Positions 1 to 12,780 of a DNA stretch of 64,000 nucleotides are shown piece by piece. The translations under genes were made by a program, and so were the position numbers. The notes under the pieces were generated by a model. That model ran no database searches. It worked only from the letters and a program-made list of their open reading frames with translations, and was not told where the DNA came from. Every line of letters begins with the position of its first letter. Within the stretch, counting starts at the first letter, position 1. The stretch comes from Squalus acanthias (lineage: Eukaryota). The stretch lies in the NCBI GenBank assembly GCA_030390025.1, contig CM059431.1, forward strand, positions 145,392,001-145,456,000, in the 5' to 3' direction.

Positions 1-701
1 GGAGGCCTGCAATCTTGAAAAAATCTACGAAAATACCTAAGGGCTCCCTGGGCGCACACACTTCCTCTCCAAACTCCAAGTGCGCAGGACCCATGTATCC
101 AAGGGTCGCATGTAGGTCGCAGCGTCCCTGGAATCACGTGGGCCAAGGGAGCGAATCACAGAAGGGACTCTCCCTTCATGCACTTGACAGGAAGACCTGT
201 TAAATATGTGAATGGAGATCACCCCAAAAACAGTCAAACTTTAAATAAATATTTTTTAAAAATCAAATTTTTAAAATGACTTGAAATTACAATAAATTAA
301 ATATTTTAATAAAAAAAAATATATATTTTTAAAAATAATATTTTTTTACGGGGCTAAAAATAAACTTACCTTTTTTAAAGTATTTTTAAATGATAAATCA
401 GTGAAATTAAAAAAAAACTTTTTTTACTCTTAACCTGGTAAAAGCAGGCTTTACGCCTGCTTTTACCAGTCGTAAGAATTGTAAGGTTTTTCTGCGGACG
501 GAGGGTCTCCAAAAAGCGGAACTATCCGCCCGCAGAGGCCCTTCTCCAGGGCAGCTGAAGGATCTGTCAAGAGCATTTTGACAGATTGGAAATGCCGGTT
601 TTCAGCGCATGCGCTGTGCCTGCCTGAAACCGGTATTTCCGATGTCCCTCCGGGTTGGTGCACAGCGCGTACTCACCCGTCGGGATCGGAATATCTGGGC
701 C
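1..701. mobile_element. Probable non-autonomous DNA element/MITE-like repeat, right-hand part only
   Basis: GC-rich flanks around an AT-rich core, a perfect internal 15-bp hairpin (435-469) and an abrupt end at ...GGAATATCTGGGCC. The left terminus is outside the window, so TIRs cannot be verified. Confidence 0.35.
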
Positions 702-911
702 AATGATAATTTACAGAGATACACACAAATATATTTATAAACAGTGCACAGATAAACCAAGTGCATTTCGAAGCATCACAGAAGCAATTATTTATATTTA
801 TATTTTTATAACAGGATATATCATAATATAAAAATAATCTATACACTGGCAGACATCGCACTCATCACATAAACACTAACTTTATGTATAAAAACTACAC
901 CCACACAGGAG

Positions 912-1581
912 GCTTGTTAAGAAGATGAAAACTCATGGAATTCAGTAAAATGGTAGTAAGGATATGGAATTGGCTCAGTTACAGGAAACAAAGGGTGGGG
1001 ATGGATGTTTTTCAGATGTGGAACTGGTTTCCTGTGCTGCTCCCCAAGGAACAGTTTTGGGCCCATTACTCTTTTCAATTCTTATAAACGACCTGGACTC
1101 GGCTGTAAGGAGCAGCATTATACAGTTTGCAGATGTTGTGAAACTTTGCAATGTAGTAGATAGTGATGAGGATATTGGTAAACTTCAGGATGACATAGAC
1201 AGGATGGTGAAATGGGCAGCAGCATGGCAGATGGAGTTCAGTGCATAGAAGTATGAAGTGATGCACTTTTGGAGGACTAATATGAAAAGGCAGTAAAATA
1301 TAAATGGTAAAATATTCAAAAGTGTAGATGAGCAGAGAGAACTTGATCGTCATATACACAAATGTTAATGGTGGTAGGACAAGTTGATAAGGTGGGTAAA
1401 AATGTATATGGGTTACTTGGTTTTATAGATAGAGGCATAGAATATAAAAGCGGAGCGATAATGCTAGAACTTTATAAATCACTGGTTCGTTCTAAACTAG
1501 AGTATTGGTGACAATTCTGGGCACCATACTTCAGGAAAGGTGTAAAAGCCTTAGAAACGGAACAGAAGAAGTTTACCAAGC
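912..1581 (+). mobile_element. Decayed CR1-clade LINE, RT C-terminal part (left piece, split by a solo LTR)
   Basis: ORF 964-1248 reads PQGTVLGPLLFSILINDLD...QFADVVKL...WQMEF, typical of CR1 RT. Stops and frameshifts follow. Confidence 0.85.
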
Positions 1582-2527
1582 TGTTGGAAAGGTTGATATT
1601 AAAATATATTTAGTTGAGGAGAATCATATAGGTATAGCTTTAAGTGCAGCCATTGACCAAATAATATTACCCATAATTACTCCTGGGTAACTAAAAAGCT
1701 AAGACTTGTTCAAAATGTAGCTGCAGACAGTCAAAAGCAGTTTTGACTAAGATGTGATAACGAACAGCCACAGACTGCGAGTGAAGGTTAAATTGCTAAA
1801 AATAACCATATTATGATGCTACGTAGAAATTATAATTCACTTACCAAAACTAATGGCAACAATATTTAAAGGATAATTAGAATAAGGACATAAAATGAGA
1901 GAGATCATGGAAGTTAAGGTATTTATCTGGTAGATTAAAGTGAGATAGTCTGGATACCTCAAGACAAGTGAAACTGCGCTGCTATGGGCCCTGGTATAAT
2001 GGCCTTGTACCAGTGAGCCTACGAAATGAAAGAGATATGATAAATTGCAATGCGGTGAAAAACTATAAACAAGATAACAAGACCACGGAGCAGAGTTAGT
2101 AGAAATGTTCTGGAAAAGGAGTGGCCAGGTTACTAGCCTAATACGGAGTGACAATGGTATTTTGACCATTAGAACCAATTAAAGAAGGTGATTTTGTTAA
2201 AGACCATATATGGACATTAGCCAAACGAACTGTTGATAAGAAAAGGGTATAAAAATACAGATATTGAACACTGAAAACAGTGCGCAGCACAAAACCAGAG
2301 GAAGAGAAGCTTCACTCAACAGAACACAGCAAGACAATAAGGAGTCACTCGGAGAGTACACCGGGGTTCAACGAACAGACTGCGACTGTCATATTGTTAA
2401 GTATTACATTCTCTGTACTGGATGTTGAATGCTTAATAAACCTGTTTTACTTATACACAATATACCTGTACCAGAATGGTTTGTGTAGTCACGGACAAAT
2501 TAAGATAAAGAGCTTTTGAAAGCTACA
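1582..2527 (+). mobile_element. Solo LTR (946 bp) inserted in the CR1
   Basis: Begins TG(TT) and ends (TA)CA. Flanked by AAGC (1578-1581) and AGGC (2528-2531), a 4-bp TSD with one mismatch. TATAAAAA at 2248 and AATAAA at 2435. The CR1 sequence rejoins seamlessly when it is removed. Confidence 0.75.
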
Positions 2528-2990
2528 AGGCTGTTTCCAGGGATGAGGGACTTCAGTTATGAGGTGAGGTTGAAATAGTTAGTACTGTTCTCCTTGGAAT
2601 AGAGAAGGTTAAGAGGTGACCTATTAGATGGTTTCCAGGTGATGAGAGATTTTGATAGAGTTGATAGAGAAACAAACTATTTCCTCTGGCGAGAGTGTCA
2701 ATAACCAAAGGTTATAAAATTAAAATAACTGGCAAAAGAAGGAGGATGAGGAGAAGTTGATCACTGAGAGAATTGTCGGGATCTGGAACGCTCGACCTGC
2801 AAAGATGTTGGAAGCTGATTCCATCATTAATGTTAAAGGGTGTTGCACAGGTACTTGAGGATGGTGAACTTACAGGGTTAGGGACAAAAAGCGGGGGTGT
2901 GGGACTGAGCACGGCAGCTCTTTCTAAGCCAGCACAGGCACGACGGGCCGAATGTCCTACTCCTGTGCTGTGAGTTTCTTTGATTTTATA
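2528..2990 (+). mobile_element. CR1-clade LINE 3' end (right piece)
   Basis: Continues ...CCAGGGATGAGGGACTTCAGTTATGAG.../GAGAAGGTTAAGAGGTGACCT and ends with the CR1-type 3' UTR GGGCCGAATGTCCTACTCCTGTGCTG. Confidence 0.8.
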
Positions 2991-3369
2991 TGTACACAAC
3001 CACAGTTTATATTTTCACCAAGCCTTGTTTGCAGTTATAACTATTGTCTACCCACCGAAAGTTTAATTGTTTATCAGAAGCTTTTCGAGCTGTTGTGTGT
3101 TTTGTGCAGTTTCCTAGTTTATTTCCCTGTGATGTGCTGCTTCTGGCGACTCGGTGCGTGTAATCGGATTGGCTGCAGTCTGCGGGCAGCAGGTGATGAA
3201 AGAGGGCGTCATACAGTGACTGACAGGTGAACGCTGCTTCTGACTCTGTCTGACACCCGGTGCGAGTGGGCGGGATTTGAAAGACCTTCTATACCATCAT
3301 GTGGAAGAATGAAACGGTGCTTGAGAAACATTGATATAAATAAACATCCATCGTGGTTATCCAAGCGCG

Positions 3370-3421
3370 GACCTCGTGGTGCAACGGTAGCGCGTCTGAC
3401 TCCAGATCGTTGATTGGGGTC
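3370..3421 (+). pseudogene. tRNA-Trp(CCA) pseudogene with the variable loop/T-arm deleted
   Basis: GACCTCGTGGTGCAACGGTAGCGCGTCTGACTCCAGATC matches the vertebrate tRNA-Trp 5' half through the anticodon arm. It then jumps to GGGGTC with no TTC/B-box. Confidence 0.8.
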
Positions 3422-3843
3422 TGGACAATTCCGGAAGAATATTTTCCTTGCTTATTCACAATAAAAACAACCTTGCTATAAAGTCGACCTCACTAGTTCC
3501 CCAGCGTCAGGGAGAGAAGCACCAGATTCCCTCATTTATTTAATGTAACAAACAGACACAAACACACATGTTCAGTAAAGTGTTCCACACAGCTTGATAA
3601 ACCCTGGCCCCCTCCCCACTTCTCGGGGATCTCCCAATGCACTTCATAGAGGTTTGATCAAAAATATTGCAGCCAAATCCAAAGAAGCACCTATTAAGAC
3701 GTGTGATCAAAAGTCTCCTCAAAGCTTATGGATTTAAGGAGACGGAAGGATTTGGGGAGAAAATTCCAGAGAGTGAGACACAGGTTATGGCAGATTATTT
3801 GTAGAGTGAAGAGAAAGGGGGAGGCACAAGAGACCGGAGTCAC

Positions 3844-4262
3844 AGAATCATATAATCTTACCATCATAGAATCTTACAGCACAGAATGAGGCAATTCGGA
3901 CCGTCCTGCCTGTGCCTCTTTGAAAGAATTCTCCAATTTAGTCCCACACCCCAGCATTTACCCCATAACCCTGCTAACTATTTTTCTTCACAAATACATG
4001 TCTAATTGACGTTTGAATGTTACTATGTGATTCCACCATCCTTTCAGTTAATGTGTTCCAGATCTTAACAACCCTCTGTGTGAAAATAATTTTCCTAATG
4101 TCCCCTCTAGTTCTTTTGGCAATTATTTTAAATCTCTGACATTTGGTTCTCGATCCACTCGCTAGAGAAAACAGTTTATCCCTTCTCTATCATAGCCCCT
4201 CATTATTTTGAATAACTTTTTTGAGGTCTCCCCTTAACCTTCTCTGCTCTAAGTAGAACAAT
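3844..4262 (-). mobile_element. CR1-clade LINE 3' fragment
   Basis: AGAATCATAGAATC-type tail followed by the reverse complement of the CR1 3' UTR/ORF2 end (...TCTCCCCTTAACCTTCTCTGCTCTAAG). Confidence 0.7.
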
Positions 4263-4364
4263 TCGAGGGTTAGTTTTCTGATAGCAAAAAATCAACTGGG
4301 CCGAAGAAGCAGTTGCTGTTAATTCCATAAAATGTAATTGCACGGAGAAGTGGAAAGATCAGTC

Positions 4365-4448
4365 TGTCAGAAGTGGGATTCGAACCCTCGGCCCACAGAA
4401 TAATCTGCGACTGGAACGCAGCGCCTTAGACCGCTCGAGAATGCTGAC
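4365..4448 (-). pseudogene. tRNA-Leu(CAG)-derived pseudogene whose anticodon now reads CCA
   Basis: Reverse complement is GTCAGCATTCTCGAGCGGTCTAAGGCGCTGCG-TTCCAGT-CGCAG...GGTTCGAATCCCACTTCTGACA. It has a Leu body with a long variable arm; the D-stem/A-box is damaged. Confidence 0.8.
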
Positions 4449-4473
4449 TCGAAGAAAGCGGTTGAAAAATATA

Positions 4474-4546
4474 CATCCAACGTGGGGCTCGGATACACGA
4501 TCCTGAGCGGACGATTCTCGCGCTCTCCTGACTGAGCTCGCCAGGC
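4474..4546 (-). pseudogene. tRNA-Lys(CTT)-derived pseudogene
   Basis: Reverse complement GCCTGGCGAGCTCAGTCAGGAGAGC...CTCAGGATCGTGTATCCGAGCCCCACGTTGGATG is 73 nt and collinear with vertebrate tRNA-Lys(CTT). The anticodon loop and B-box are mutated. Confidence 0.75.
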
Positions 4547-4878
4547 CTGCTTTAAGTTTGCCTCATTGTCACTTATTGCAGGGAAGCGGCTGTTTGCTCC
4601 GCGCCAGAGATTTCACTTGTTCTACAAACTACGTTCCCCTGAATTCCAAGGTGTGTGCGGAAGTCAACCATCAAACCATTCATTAAACGCAGGGGTTCAG
4701 GACATTTTCTAACCGCAAAGTGTTTTGTCCTGTTCAATATCTCTTGTCTATTTCCCGGTGATTCCGGATACTCTCTGTATCTCTGGCTGTGATAATGTGC
4801 GTTTGTGTCTGTTACATTAAATAAATGATGGGAAGCGGCGCCTCTCTCCATGACACTGAGCAACTAGTGAGACAGAAT

Positions 4879-5530
4879 TTAGAGTGAGGTTCTAGTTAAC
4901 ATGAAAAAGCAAAGAAAACATGTGTAATTCTGATCAATCTCCAGTATACCCAAGATACCTTTTCCCACAGACTCCACAAATGAGGATCCATTGTCACAAT
5001 CAACTATTAGCGGGATCTCCCGCCGAGTGAAGACGGCATAAACAAGTATAGTCGCGGTAGTTTCAGCCGTCTGATTGCGGGCAGGGAAAGCCTGTGCCCA
5101 CCGTGAGAATACATCGACAACAACCGCAAGATACTCCTCACCCCGTGCGGTAATAGACATGTGCCCGTATAATCAATCCTGTTCAATCAACCTTTATTCC
5201 TGTGGGCCTTCTTTTTCACAAGCGAAACCCGCGTGTACTGACGGGCCCGATCCTGTATAGCTTGACATTGGGACCGAATCCAATCGCACCGTCTTCTGTG
5301 GCCTTAAAATTGTGTTCCGCCCAACATTGCAATAGCTGCGCACATTCCCGAAACACATCATCTCAATCGAGCACAAGGACCAACTCCTTCTCCCAAGTGC
5401 CTTCTTCAAGCACCGGCAACACTGCTGCCAGCCCCGCGTATTCTGCAGTTCATGTACCACAGCTATATTGAATAGTGCGCGGGACCTGACCCTCCGATAA
5501 TGCGAGCGCAGCCAGCCCCGCACCACTCTG
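4879..5530 (-). mobile_element. LTR retroelement (Gypsy/ERV-type) integrase remnant
   Basis: ORF 4879-5160 reads YLAVVVDVFSRWAQAFPARNQTAETTATILV...IPLIVDCDNGSSFV, an rve integrase core. The upstream part is broken by stops and frameshifts; the 5' boundary is approximate. Confidence 0.75.
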
Positions 5531-5919
5531 CCCGCTCACATACTCACCCGTAAACCAAATTACTCCATCCTTCTTAATCTGGTCCGCAGTCTGTTCCTTA
5601 AAAATAGTGATTTAGTGATGTGAAGGTGGCCTCACACTCGTGGGGCGTTCCCTTAAATACCAACAACTCGCTGTGTAAAATAAAATGTTTTCTCATGTCG
5701 CCTCTGGTTCTTCCTCGCCCTGCACAGGCTGCTCTCGATCCCCAGGATGTGCCCATTCTAATTCAGTGACTGTCGCCAATTTTGTTCGGACTGAGTTTTG
5801 ACCGGAACGTCACACCTGGCTCGCAAAGGGCAATGAAACAGGGGAGGTTGTAACCTCTGGGAAAATCTGAGGCCCGTCAGAAATGTTTGTGTATCTGAAT
5901 CCGAAACTCTTACTTTTGC

Positions 5920-7889
5920 TTGCACAGAATGTACTCTGGGTGGGGGATTTCAATGTCCATCAGCAAGAGTGGCTCGTTAGCACCACTACTGACCGAGCTG
6001 GCGGAGTCCTGAAGGATATAGCTGCCACGCTGGGCCTGCGACAGGTGGTGAGTGAACCAACAAGAGGGAAAAACCTACTTGTCCTCGTCCTCGCCAATCT
6101 AACTGTCGCAGATGCATCTGTCCATGACAGCATTGGCAGCAGTGACCACCGCACAGTCATTTTGGAGACGAAGTCCCGTCTTCACACTGAGTACGCCCTC
6201 CATCGTGTTGTGTGGCGCTACCACCGTGCTAAATGGGATAGATTAAGAACAGATCTAGCAGCTCAAAACTGGGCATCCATGAGGCGCTGTGGACCATCAG
6301 CCACAGCAGAATTGTATTCCACCACAACCTGTAACGTCATGGCCCGGCATATCCCTCACTCTACCATTACCATCAAGCAAAGGCTATGGGCCCCGACAAC
6401 CTCCGGGCTTTCGTCCTGAAGACGTGTGCTCCGGAACAAGCCGCACCTCTAGCCAAGTTGTTCCCGTACAGCTACAACTTTGGCATCGATCCGACAATGT
6501 GGAAAAATGCCCAGGTATATCATGTCCACAAAAAGCAGAACAAATCCAATCCGGCAAATTACCACCCTATCAGTCCACTCGCAATCATCATCAAAGTGAC
6601 GGAAGGTCTCATTGACAGTGCTGTGCAACGGCAGTTACTTACCAATAACCTGCTCACTGACGCCCAGTTTGGGTTCTGCCAAGATCATTCGACTCCCGAA
6701 CTCAATACAGCCTCGGTGCAAACATGGACAAAGGAGCTAAATTCCAAAAGTGAGGTGAGTGTGACTGCCCTAGGCATCAAGGCAGCCTTTGACCGAGTGC
6801 ATTATCAAGGAGCCCTAGTAAAACTGAAGTCAATAGGAATCGGAGGGAAAACTCTCCACTGGCTTGATGGTTGTAGTGGTTGAAGTTCAATCATCACAGC
6901 CACAGGACATCGCTGCAGGAGTTCCTCAGGGCAGTGTCCTCGGCCCAACCATCTTCAGCTGCTTCATCAATTACCTTCCCTCCAACATAAGCTAAGACTG
7001 CACAGTGTTCAGTGTCGTTCACAACTCCTCAGATAATAAAACAGTCCATGCCATCATGCAACAAGACCTGGACGACATTCACGCTTGGCTGATAAGTGTC
7101 AGGTAACTTTCGCGCCACAGGATTGCCAGGCAATGACGATCTCCAACAAGCGAGAGTCCAACCACTTCCCCTTGACATTCAACGGTAATCCCATCGCCGA
7201 ATCCCCCACCATCAACATCCTGCGGGTCACCATTGACCAGAAACTTAACTGGGCCAGCCACATAAATACTGTGGCAACAACAGCTGGTCAGAGGCTAGTT
7301 ATTCTGCGGCGAGTGTCTCATCTCCTGACTCGCCCAAGCCTTTCTAACATCTACAAGGCGCAAGTAAGGAGTGTGATGGAATACTCTCCACTTGCCTGGA
7401 TGAGTGCAGCTCCAACAACACTCAAGAAGCTCGACACCATCCAGGACAAAGCAGCCCGCTTGATTGGCACCCCATCCATCACCTTAAACATTCATTCCCT
7501 CCACCACCGGCGTACATTGGCTGCAGTGTGTACCATCTACAAGATGCACTGCAGCAACTCACCAAGGCTTCTTCGGAAGCACTTCCCAATCCCGCGGCCT
7601 CTTCCACCTAGAACGACAAGGGCAGCAGGCGCATGAGAAAACCACCAACTCCAAGTTCCCCTACACGTCGCACACCATCCTGACATAGAAGTATTTCGCC
7701 GATACTTCATCGTCGATGGTTCAACATCCTGGAAATCCCTACCATCAGCAGTGTGGGAGTACCATCACCACACGGACTGCAGCGGTTCAAGAAGGCGGCT
7801 AACCACCACATTCTCAAGGGCAATTAGAGATGGGCAATAAATACTGGCCTTTCCAGCGACGCCCACATCCAATAAACGAATTCAAAAAT
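5920..7889 (+). mobile_element. CR1/L2-group LINE ORF2 remnant (endonuclease end + RT + 3' tail), internally deleted
   Basis: ORFs contain VGDFNVH...SDH (APE endonuclease), ANYHPISPL...QFGF...AFDRV and a C-terminal YKAQVRSVMEYS. It jumps directly from TITIK to AKAMGPD near 6378, and the expected F/YADD is absent near 6990. The 3' tail ends ...CCCACATCCAATAAACGAATTCAAAAA. Confidence 0.85.
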
Positions 7890-7894
7890 CACTG

Positions 7895-8588
7895 TGCGTT
7901 GGCATATGGGTTCAGCGGGCAATTGGGAAGGCAAATGGTGTGTTGGCCATGATTACAAGAGGATTGAGTAAAGGAGTGGTGGAGTCTTGCTGGAATTATA
8001 TAGGGACCGGTTGAGACCGCAACTGGAGTATTGTGTAGAGATTTGGTCTCCTTATTTAAGAAAGGATGTACTTGCCATAGAGGGAGTGCAACGAAGGTTC
8101 ACCAGCCTGGTTCCTGGAATGGGGGGATCGTGCTGTGGGGAGAGATTGAGCGGACTAGGCCTATGTTCTCTAGAGTTTAAAAGAATGAGAGGTGATGTCA
8201 TTGAGATCAACAAAATTATTACAGGGCTTGACAGGGTAGATGCAGGGAAGATGTTTCCCTGGCTAGGTAGTCTCGAACCAAGGGGTCACCGTTTCAGAAT
8301 AAGGGGTCGGCCAATTAGGACTGAGATGAGGAGAATTTTTTCACTCAGAGGGTGGTGAATCTTTGGAATTCTCTACCCCAGAGAGCTGTGGTCGCTCAGT
8401 CGTAGAGTATATTCAAGACAGAGAGCGATAGATTTTTGAATATTAAGCGAATCAAGGGATATGGGGATAGTGCAGGAAAGTGGAGATGAGGTAGAAGATC
8501 AGCCATGATGTTATTGAATGGCGCAGCTGGCTCGAGGGGTCAAATGGCCTACTCCTGATCCTATTGCTTATGTTCTCATGCTCTTATG
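7895..8588 (+). mobile_element. CR1 LINE 3' fragment
   Basis: ORF 7987-8358 reads LRPQLEYCVEIWSPYLRKD...EGVQRRFT...RMRGD. It ends in CCTACTCCTG and a (C)TTATGTT-like tail. Confidence 0.85.
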
Positions 8589-11500
8589 AGTCTGACTCCT
8601 CACTGGGAGAGACACACACTGTACACAGGGACACTTGTTACAGAGTCTGACTCCTCACTTGAAGAGACACACACTGTACACAGGGACACTTGTTACAGAG
8701 TCCGACTCATCACTGGGAGAGACACACAATGTACACAAGGACACTTGTTACAGAGTCTGACTCCTCACTGGGAGAGACACACACGGTACACAGGGACACT
8801 TGTTACAGAGTCTGACTCCTCACTGGGAGAGACACACACTGTATACAGGGACACTTGTTACAGTGTCTGACTCCTCACTGGGAGAGAAACACACTGTACA
8901 CAGGGACACTTGTTACAGAGTCTGACTACTCACTGGGAGAGACACACACTGTACACAGGGACACTTGTTACAGAGTCTGACTCCTCACAGGGAGAAACAC
9001 ACACTGTACACAGGGTAAACTTGTTACAGAGTCTGACTCCTCACTGGGAGAGAAACACACTGTACACAGGGACACTTGTTACAGATTCTGACTACTCACT
9101 GGGAGACACACACTGTACACTGGGACACTTTTTACAGAGTCTGACTCCTCACTGGGAGAGACACACACTGTACACAGGGACACTGGTTACAGAGTCTGAC
9201 TCCTCACTGGGAGAGACACACACTGTGCACAGGGACACTTGTTACAGAGTCAGACTCCTCACTGGGAGAGACACACACTGTACAAAGGGACACTTGTTAC
9301 AGAGTCTGGCTCCTCACTGGGAGAGACACACACTGTACACAGCGACACTTGTTACAGAGTCTGACTCCTCACTGGGAGAGACACACTGCACACAGGGACG
9401 CTTGTTACAGGGTCTGACTCCTCACTGGGAGAGACACAAACTGTACACAGGGACACTTGTTACAGAGTCTGACTGCTCACTGGGACAGACACACACTGTA
9501 CACAGGGACGCTTGTTACAGAGTCTGACTCCTCACTGGGAGAGACACACACCATACACAGGGACACTTGTTACCCAGTCTGACTCCTCACTGGGAGAGAC
9601 ACACACCGTAAACAGGGACACTTGTTACAGGGTCCGAATCCTCACTGGGAGAGATACACACTGTACAAAGGGACACTTGTTACAGATTCTGACTCCTCAC
9701 TGGGAAGACGCACACTGTATACAGGGAAACTTGTTACAGGGTCTGACTCCTCACTGGGAGAGACACACACAGTACACAGGGACACTTGTTGCAGAGTCCG
9801 ACTCCACACTGGCAGAGACACATACCGTACGCAGGGACAATTGTTATAGAGTCCGAATCCTCACTGGAAGAGACACGCAATGGACAAAGGGACACATGTT
9901 ACAGAGTCTGAATCTACATTGGGAGGGGAACACACAGAACACAGGGACACTTGTTACAGAGTCTGACTCCTCACTGGGAGAGACACACACAGTACACAGG
10001 GACACTTGTTACAGAGTCTGACTACTCACTGGGAGAGACACACACTGTACACAGGGACACTTGTTACAGAGTCCGACTCCACACTGGCAGAGACACATAC
10101 CGTACGCAGGCACAATTGTTATAGAGACCGAATCCTCACTGGGAGAGACACGCAATGGACACAGGGACACATATTACAGAGTCTGAATCTACACTGGGAG
10201 GGGAACACACAAAACACAGGGACACTTGTTACAGAGTCTGACTCCTCACTGGGAGAGACACACACTGTACACCGGGAAACTTGTTACACAGTCTGAATAC
10301 TCACTGGGAGAGACACACACAGTACACAGGGACACTTGTTACATAGTCTGACTCTTCACTGGGAGAGACACACAATGTACACAGGGAAACTTGTCATACA
10401 GTCGGATATATCACTGGAAGAGACACAAACTGTACACAGGGACACTTGTTGCAGAGTTCGACTCGTAACTGGGAGAGACACACACTGTGCACAGGGACAC
10501 TTGTTACGGAGTCTGACTCTTCACTGGGAGAGACACACACTGTACAGAGGGATACTTGTTACAGAGTCTGACTCCTTACTGGGGGAGACAGATATTGTAC
10601 ACAGGGACACTTGTTACAGAGTCTGACTCCTCACTGGGAGAGACACACACTGTACACAGGGACACTTGTTACAGATCCTGACTCCTCACTGGGAGAGACA
10701 CACACTGTACACAGGGACACTTGTTAAAGAGTCTGACTCCTCACTGGGAGAGACACACACTGTACACAGGGACACTTTTTATAGAGTCTGACTCCTCGCG
10801 GGAGAGACACACACTGAACACAGGGAAACTTGTTACAGAGTCGGACGCCTCACTGGGAGAGACACACACTGTACACAGGGACACTTGCTACAGGGTCCGA
10901 CTCCTCAGTGGGAGAGACACACACTGTACACAGGGACACTTGTTACAGAGTCTGACTTCTCACTTGGAGAGACATAAACTGTACACAGTGACATTTTTTA
11001 CAGAGTCTGACTCCTCACTGGGAGAGACAGACACTGTACACAGGGACACTTGTTACAGAGTCTGACTCATCACTGGGAGAGACACACACTGTACACAGGT
11101 GCACTTGTTTCAGACTCCAACTACTCACGAGGAGACAAACACACAGTACACAGGAACACTTGTTACAGAGGCTGACTCCTCGTTGGGAGAGCCACACACT
11201 GTACACAGGGACACTTGTTACAGACTGCGACTCCTCACTGGGATAGACACATACCGTACGCAGGGACAATTGTTATAGAGTCCGAATCCTCACTGGTAGA
11301 GACACGCAATGGACAAAGGGACACATGTTACAGAGTCTGAATCTACATTGGGAGGGGAACACACAGAACACAGGGACACTTGTTGCAGAGTCTGACTCCT
11401 CACTGGGAGAGACACACACAGTACACAGGGACACTTGTTGCAGAGTCCGACTCCACACTGGCAGAGACACATACCGTACGCAGGGACAATTGTTATAGAG

Positions 11501-12621
11501 ACCGAATCCTCACTGGGAGAGACACGCAATGGACACAGGGACACATATTACAGAGTCTGAATCTACACTGGGAGGGGAACACACAAAACACAGGGACACT
11601 TGTTACAGAGTCTGACTCCTCACTGGGAGAGACACACACTGTACACCGGGAAACTTGTTACACAGTCTGAATACTCACTGGGAGAGACACACACAGTACA
11701 CAGGGACACTTGTTACATAGTCTGACTCTTCACTGGGAGAGACACACAATGTACACAGGGAAACTTGTCATACATTCGGATATATCACTGGAAGAGACAC
11801 ACACTGTACACAGGGACACTTGTTGCAGAGTTCGACTCGTAACTGGGAGAGACACACACTGTACACAGGGACACTTGTTACGGAGTCTGACTACTCACTG
11901 GGAGACACACACACTGTACACAGGGACACTTGTTACAGAGTCTGACTCCTCACTGGGGGAGACACTCACTGTACACAGGGATACTTGTTACAGAGTCTGA
12001 CTCCTTACTGGGGGAGACAGATATTTTACACAGGGACACTTGTTACAGAGTCTGACTCCTCACTGGGAGAGACATACACTGTACACAGGGACACTTGTTA
12101 CAGATCCTGACTCCACACTGGGAGAGACACACTGTACACAGGGACACTTGTTACAGAGTCTGACTCCTCACTGGGAGATACACACACTGTACACAGGGAC
12201 ACTTGTTAAAGAGTCTGACTCCTCACTGGGCGAGACACACTGTACACAGGGACATTTGTTGCAGAGTCTGACTCCTCACTGGGAGAGACACACACTGTAC
12301 ACAGGGACACTTGTTACAGAGTCTGACTCCTCACTGGGAGAGACACACACTGTACACAGGGACACTTTTTATAGAGTCTGACTCCTCGCTGGGAGAGACA
12401 CACACTGTACACAGGGAAACTTGTTACAGAGTCGGACGCCTCACTGGGAGAGACACACACTGTACACAGGGACACTTGCTACAGGGTCCGACTCCTCACT
12501 GGGAGAGACACACACTGTACACAGGGACACTTGTTACAGACTTCGACTCCTCACTGGGATAGACACACACTGTACACAGGGACACTTGTTACAGAGTCTG
12601 ACTCCACACTGGTAGAGACAC
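8589..12621. repeat. 55-bp minisatellite, ~73 copies
   Basis: Unit AGTCTGACTCCTCACTGGGAGAGACACACACTGTACACAGGGACACTTGTTACAG, with starts at 8589, 8644 and onward. Moderately diverged, with duplicated blocks. Confidence 0.95.
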
Positions 12622-12780
12622 CCATGAATACTGAGTGCAATTGTCAGTGTTCCACTGCAGCCCAGACTGAGCCGCACCCTGGGCACTTCCTGTCTGTGCA
12701 TTTCCCCAGTGCCCCATTGGGGAACATTCAGTCCCGTATATCCTGCAGGAGCAGCATTGTGGGGCCGGTCGGCTGCGTCT

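Noticed and set aside
3700..3843. Possible additional L2 fragment
   Set aside because: It only loosely resembles 13260-13420 and is too degraded to call.
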